From assembly GCA_964187785.1 (NCBI GenBank), contig OZ076409.1, positions 80,602,001 to 80,666,000 on the forward strand: a stretch of 64,000 nucleotides of DNA, read 5' to 3'. Positions 58,647 through 64,000 of the stretch are shown here, one piece after another. The notes beneath the pieces are model-generated. The model was not told the origin of the DNA and did no database searches. It worked only from the letters and a program-made list of their open reading frames with translations. The first letter of the stretch is position 1, and each line of letters opens with the position of its first letter. The translations under genes were made by a program, and so were the position numbers. Source of the stretch: Amphiscolops sp. MND2022 (lineage: Eukaryota).

Positions 58647-60005
58647 TGTCATACCGGTTGGTATGAAGTACAACAACTGAGAGATGAAGTCACCACCAAT
58701 TACCCAAAACATTTCAACTATAAACATTTTAAAATACACGTAAACTCATATAATGGACGACTGTACCATTCAGTCGCCACTCCAATTTCACTTGTGCTAC
58801 GAATTACAAAATTGTGCTAAACAGCGACTGATAATACTAGTCGTCTCAACCACAAACCAAAACAGCTAAAACAGAAATCCCCAATGCATTTTTGTTGTCA
58901 TACTTGGTAAAATACGAAATATGTTTCTCTTCACCTGGTTCACAGTAACGACTAAAACGTGCAGTTGACCTTAACAACCCTTTAGTGCAATACATTATTC
59001 ATTCATGTAAACGACTGGCATATCTAGTCGTATTTTAGCCAATATATACATGTAATTCTTCATATCCAAATCAGTGATAGTACGTACATTATCCATTTAT
59101 GTAAATGACTGGCATATCTAGTCGTATCTTAACTGATATATACTTGCAGTTCTTCATACCCAAGTCACCGATAATCAAAATACTAGAGCGTCATTTAGTT
59201 CATATACAGTCATTTCAGTTAATCTTCAGTAAAAATTACCAACAACGACTTCGGATACTAGTCGTCAATCGTGCTTAGTGCATTAAAAGTGCTAATACTA
59301 CCAGTAATCAAGTACAGTTATTATGCCTAACAAATCAATCATTAGTACGTGCTGTGATGTTGTAAGATCAATGATTCATGCTGGTACGGGAAAGAAGCGA
59401 GAAAGCTACAATGGCAATTAGCGACGACGGGTGTGACCAGTCATGTAATGTACCATGAAGTGATAACAGCAGGTTGATCAAAATAGTCGAGTGAAAAAGA
59501 CGCAAAACAATCAAGTGCAATTAACAAGTAATTAAGAGTTTGAAGGTGCTATTACAATTTGAAAATCCAATCAGAAGAATATTGTTACCTTGAGATACAG
59601 ACGTACTGTAAAGAGCACTTTGCGAAATTCAATTCATTTGCTACCCTTTTAGATTCAAATCTTTTTCAAACTTCAACTTTTCAACAATGGTAAATACCCG
59701 ATCGAGATTCAACAGGGCAAACAGAATTGAACAATCTGGAGTAGATAGATACTCTGACGAAGATGACGAGATGAGTGTAGCGGATCATTACACTGAAAAT
59801 AATTTCGACAATGATATTGAAAGTGACGTGAGATCCATGGAAAAAGATCATGAGAAACACAGGATCGAGCAACGTTTCCTAGAAATGAACCGTCAAATCG
59901 GAAAACTTACAAGTATTGTGAGAGCCCTTACTGATAAAAGAACCAACAGTAGGGAAGAGAACGGCAGAGACATACTAAATTCAGTGACGTCCACACGTTC
60001 TGACA
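58647..60005 (+). repeat. 3' LTR (1359 bp)
   Basis: Direct repeat of 44033-45390, preceded by the PPT; contains an intact copy of the gag N-terminus (ATG 59687). Confidence 0.95.
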
Positions 60006-60899
60006 CAAACTTCGAATTTTTCATCGAAATTTCGTCATGCCAGTGGCTGACGTTACATCTCGAGGCTGTTAGTCCTGAAAATGGATGCTTTTTGACGGGT
60101 ATTAGTTTTGGCCTCGGACATAATCAAAGAAAAATATCTTTTATGATCAAATATGTTGACCAACAAGCGATTTGCCGCAGTTGATTGTTTGAGAGAATGG
60201 CATCTGGATGTAATGAAAAACGTGATTAACCAATACGTGTCACGAGCGTATAACATCTTCCATTCCTTAGAAATCGAAGTTTTACCTTAAAATAGCAGTT
60301 ATAGCAATTTGGGGAAATTTGCGGAAAAATTTACTTCATTGATCCAATAGGACATAAAGCATACATGGTTGCCCGACTGATTAGGTGAAAACCAAAACTA
60401 GAATCCAATTTCCGAAAAATTGTGCTAAAGATTGGCGTGTTTACCGTCATGTTCCAAAACAACGAATAATCAATGGTTATAATAAAGCAAACAAACGTGG
60501 TTTCAAATTGCGAATTGATAGTTATTTATTCGCAAAAAATTAAGAAGCACGTGGGTGTTCAGTATTACCGATGTAATATCAAAAACTGCGGATCAAATAG
60601 TTCAATGAATACTTCTTCAGACACTATCAGGGATTATAAAAATAAAATTTAATTGTTGTGTAAGGTGAAATTAAAATGACAATCCCACGACTTGCACCGG
60701 AAGAAACAGAAATTTTAATGGAAGTAAAAATGAAACCTAATTGATCATCCTGATAAAAGTAGAAATTATCCAAGTGCCCATTCGTATCCACCATCAGATG
60801 AGGCTGTTGTGGAGCAAAATTCCTGCAAAATCTGATGGCGGTCCTGGCGGTCATTTTAAAAAGTTTTACGATGAAGTAGTAGAAAATATTCATGAATCA

Positions 60900-61370
60900 G
60901 TCCTTCATTTCACCGAGCTAAAAACAAAATTTGATCGGGTGTTATTTCGGAGGCTTCGAAAAGATCCCAAAATAATTGAACTTGCTGCATTCGAACCATT
61001 GTTACTGCATCAAGGGCTCAAAACAGCCGTTTCTGTTACAAAACTGGGACCCGAAATTCTTTTTCGTTCGAACATTTTTCTGTCAGATGGAATTTCGAAG
61101 ACTGCGCCGCCAGTTTAAAGAGATTTACACAGTTTTCGGAACAGCCGATAGGTGGCTAATCCCAGTCTGGGGTATACTTGCTTAAAATCTCAAGAAATTT
61201 ACGGAATTTTTTTTCAATATCGTGAACCAAACGCTTTTTCGCTTGTAAATTGAAGCCGGAGAAAATTATACCCAACTTCGAGATAGGCGTTATTGCAGCT
61301 ATCGAAAACACGTTCCAGGTTTCGGAACGTTTGGAATGCTGGTGTTTATAGTCCTAATGCATTTGTCGAA
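60900..61370 (+). pseudogene. Decayed MULE/Mutator-like transposase fragment
   Basis: FLSDGISKTAPP / EIYTVFG / LIPVWGIL / NFEIGVIAAIENTF follow the MULE pattern DGTFKT.P..QLYTI..P.VYAL..DFE.A..NA...F, across frameshifts. Confidence 0.45.
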
Positions 61371-62034
61371 AAATACAAAACAACACAGCTTGACAACTCA
61401 GCATGCTGATCGCTATTAACGTCACAAGTTGCTCGAACGCTATTCAGTTTTGCTTTTATGCCTTCTTGGGAGTAACTATCTGAATTTCAACTAGTTGAGA
61501 ATGTCTGAGGTTTGGCCCTCCCAATCAGAATAAAAATATGGATTGTCTTTGACAGACCCATCAATTTTCGCAGAACCAATATCTCCGAAAATTGGAACAT
61601 GCGTTGAAAACAAAAAATTGGAATACAAAACTCGAACTTCTGGAAAGTTATTCAAATTATTCAAGACAATGAGAAGACCAGCCACATGAATATTGCCCGG
61701 CTTTTATGAGGTGAAGCACCTGCTTCTCAAAAAAGGCTGTACCGCGAGTACAATGAACGAATTACCCGTATCAAAAATTCCTAAGTGGATAGAAGCATCA
61801 GTGTTTGTCTTTAATGGTTGAACATGACCGAATTTTGAACTGATTTCTTTCCTCAAGTTCGTATTTATCAGTTTGTTATTTTCCGCCCCCACAATTGTTT
61901 TGTGTAGGGGAGGAAAATTTTGATCTGTGTTGTGTTTTTTCCAAATTCTGCCAAATCTCCACGATCTCCTTCCACTTGACTATTTTAGTTACTTCACTAT
62001 TTTAGTTACTTGTTGCTCCATTTAGTTAGTAATT

Positions 62035-62160
62035 TCTAGTCACCATGGCGCAGTTTGGAGTGCGTCTGCCTGCCAGCCACGAGGTCGTGGGTTAAAACCC
62101 GTGCTGATGCGTTGCATTTTTTAGCGGAAAAAAATCCAGGTGCTTAGCGGGCGTCTTGTT
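62035..62160 (+). repeat. tRNA-derived repeat (copy of 37307-37432)
   Basis: TGGCGCAGTTTGG A box, degenerate B box GGGTTAAAACCC, end GCGGGCGTCTTGTT. Confidence 0.55.
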
Positions 62161-62724
62161 GTGTTTTGGTTATTATATTTTGATTTTTCCATTGTGTATG
62201 ATTTAATTCTGAATTTTTTGGTTGAAGAACCTATAATTCAATTTTCTGCATGCAATTTTTCTTGCAATGGTGGATCCTTGGTTGGAACCTTGGGAGTAGA
62301 CCGACAACATTGGCACTGAATGCATCCTGAGTTCTCCGGGTATTATAGAGAACTTTCCTCATTGCACTTTTTAGGGAGGTCCAGTAGCCTCGACTTGGGT
62401 AACTATTATGTTGAAACTGCCCAGACAATCAACTGAGATCTCACCTGTTATTGGAGAAATTTTTAAAATAAAATTAAGATACAGATTATTTTTACGATGA
62501 ACTCGACAATCTGTGAAATTCTCAGTTTAGTGCATAGGATAATGTTAGAAATTGTTTGCAAAAGTGTATTGAAGGTTTATGGAACTCATACAAAAACCGA
62601 TGAAGTAATTTTGCGTTTTCAGCTGAATCCACTAAGTTTTAAAATTTGAGCGTGCGCAGTGAAATCTACCATTATTTTTATGAATAATCCTTTCGACTGA
62701 ACGTCCTTAGCGTCAGTAGAACGT

Positions 62725-63075
62725 AACAAGACGGGAACGTCTCAAGTCAGCGCTATAACAAAGGCTCAAATAAAATCGAAGAGGGGACCCTTTGGAGACA
62801 AAAAAATTCGAAAAAAAGTCGCACAGTGCCGAAAAAAATTGAAACGGGGGACCCTTTAGTCACGTCCGGTTTTGTAGGTTACGTTTAAAAAGTAAAAAAC
62901 TAAAGGGGGACTCTTTGAAATAGCTTAGATGCGTTTCCCGGGTATTCGTTTAGTTTCCTTTAGTTGAACAAACTGAGCAAAACGTTAACGTTCGTCGCTT
63001 CGAGTCTGTCTTAAAGAAAAAAACGAGTGACTGTAATAGTCGGGCTCTTTTCTTAAGAAAAGCGTCGACTAAAAA
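62725..63075 (-). mobile_element. Helentron/DINE-1-like family A copy
   Basis: Termini AACAAGACGGGAACGTCTCAAGTCAGCGC and TAGTCGGGCTCTTTTCTTAAGAAAAGCGTCGACTAAAAA. Confidence 0.72.
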
Positions 63076-64000
63076 TGTGAAACAAAACTGAATTCGATAA
63101 CATTTGTAATTTTGTCCCACGTAAAACTTACGAAAGAAACGGAGAAATTGCAAATAAAAAAGGTTAAGAATTGAAAGTGTTTTTCATAATTTGAAAATTT
63201 TCTCTTAGCAAAAGATTTACGAATTTTGTTTGAGATTTAAGCTCGAAATCATCAACTCAAACACTTTTTTGTACCCACGTTTATCCATGACGTTGACTGA
63301 CGCGAGTTATACACGTAATGGAAAATTATTAATTATTCAAAATATTGAACGTTTTAATAGAAACAACGCATTGTAGAACTTGATCCACCATGTAAGTTCA
63401 AATTTGGTACATTAACTCAGAAGACTCCGTCACTGTTGTAGCGTTCGATTGATTCATCGATAATCTTAGCCATATCGCCAACTTTGGGAGCTCGCTAGCC
63501 ATCTTTGGACAAATCGGTCGAACATTGCACTTTTCGAGTAGTCGTGCGTCCATCGCTTCCAAATCATCCAATTGTATGCCTGAAACAGCTAAATTTATTT
63601 ATTTACTCCAACAACTAGTTGAAGCAGTAAAAACAATTGATATTTGACCTAATCGAGGAATGAGAGGGTCAACTAAAACAATTGGTAGATAATTTCAACG
63701 ATATTTGGAAATTGAAATAGTACCAAATGAAGCCCGTTCAAGGTTAAGAATTCAACAAAAAAGTCAATTCAAAGTATTCGACAAACAGGAGCAAAAATCC
63801 ATAGTTTCGTAGAACGAGAAACTAAATGATACTTCTCAGGGAATGATTTTGCCCGGCTGAGAAATATCAAGAAACTTGAAAACGGGAACTTCTGTATGTT
63901 TTTCAGACCTATCGAAAAAGTTGGTAAGAAAAAAGACCAATTAGAATTTTTAAATCTGAGCAAACGATTTGTTCGCTCCAATGTTCGAACATTTCTCTTA

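Larger units (their letters stand above)
44033..60005 (+). mobile_element. Full-length ~16-kb Ty3/gypsy LTR retrotransposon (decayed) with ~7 kb of extra internal sequence
   Basis: LTRs at 44033-45390 and 58647-60005 with TGTCA...TGACA ends. PBS TGGTGACAGGAGT at 45391; PPT AAAGAGGCGGAG at 58635-58646. Flanks CACAC / CAAAC (5-bp TSD with one mismatch). Domain order gag-PR-RT-RH-INT. Confidence 0.95.

Noticed and set aside
59687..60184. 165-aa ORF as a host gene
   Set aside because: The first ~106 codons are the LTR copy of the gag N-terminus; the rest is read-through into flanking DNA.
61300..61900. Possible Polinton-type packaging ATPase remnant on the minus strand
   Set aside because: No Walker A/B motifs could be recovered; the resemblance is too vague.

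Overview
AT-rich, intron-containing eukaryotic DNA, most likely from an invertebrate animal; the species cannot be fixed from the sequence alone. Host genes, all on the + strand: a tRNA-Val(AAC); a 13-exon, 5'-incomplete peroxisomal ABCD3/PMP70-like half-transporter; an intronless SCYL2 pseudokinase; and an 8-exon, divergent G-protein beta subunit. The rest is mostly mobile DNA: the 3' end of a BEL/Pao LTR element, an internally deleted hAT transposon with TIRs and an 8-bp TSD, several MITEs, many DINE-1/Helentron-like non-autonomous repeats, and decayed LINE, MULE and hAT fragments. The largest element is a full-length ~16-kb Ty3/gypsy retrotransposon (44033-60005). It is the most interesting object for three reasons. 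Its gag starts ~106 codons inside the LTR. It carries ~7 kb of extra sequence with an antisense, apparently spliced gene that reads by eye as a zinc finger plus a catalytically dead hAT-transposase-like protein. Its LTRs and non-coding spacers hold repeated ACGACT-N9-AGTCGT spaced palindromes, which could be binding sites for such a dimeric protein. All homology calls come from motif recognition by eye; no searches were run.
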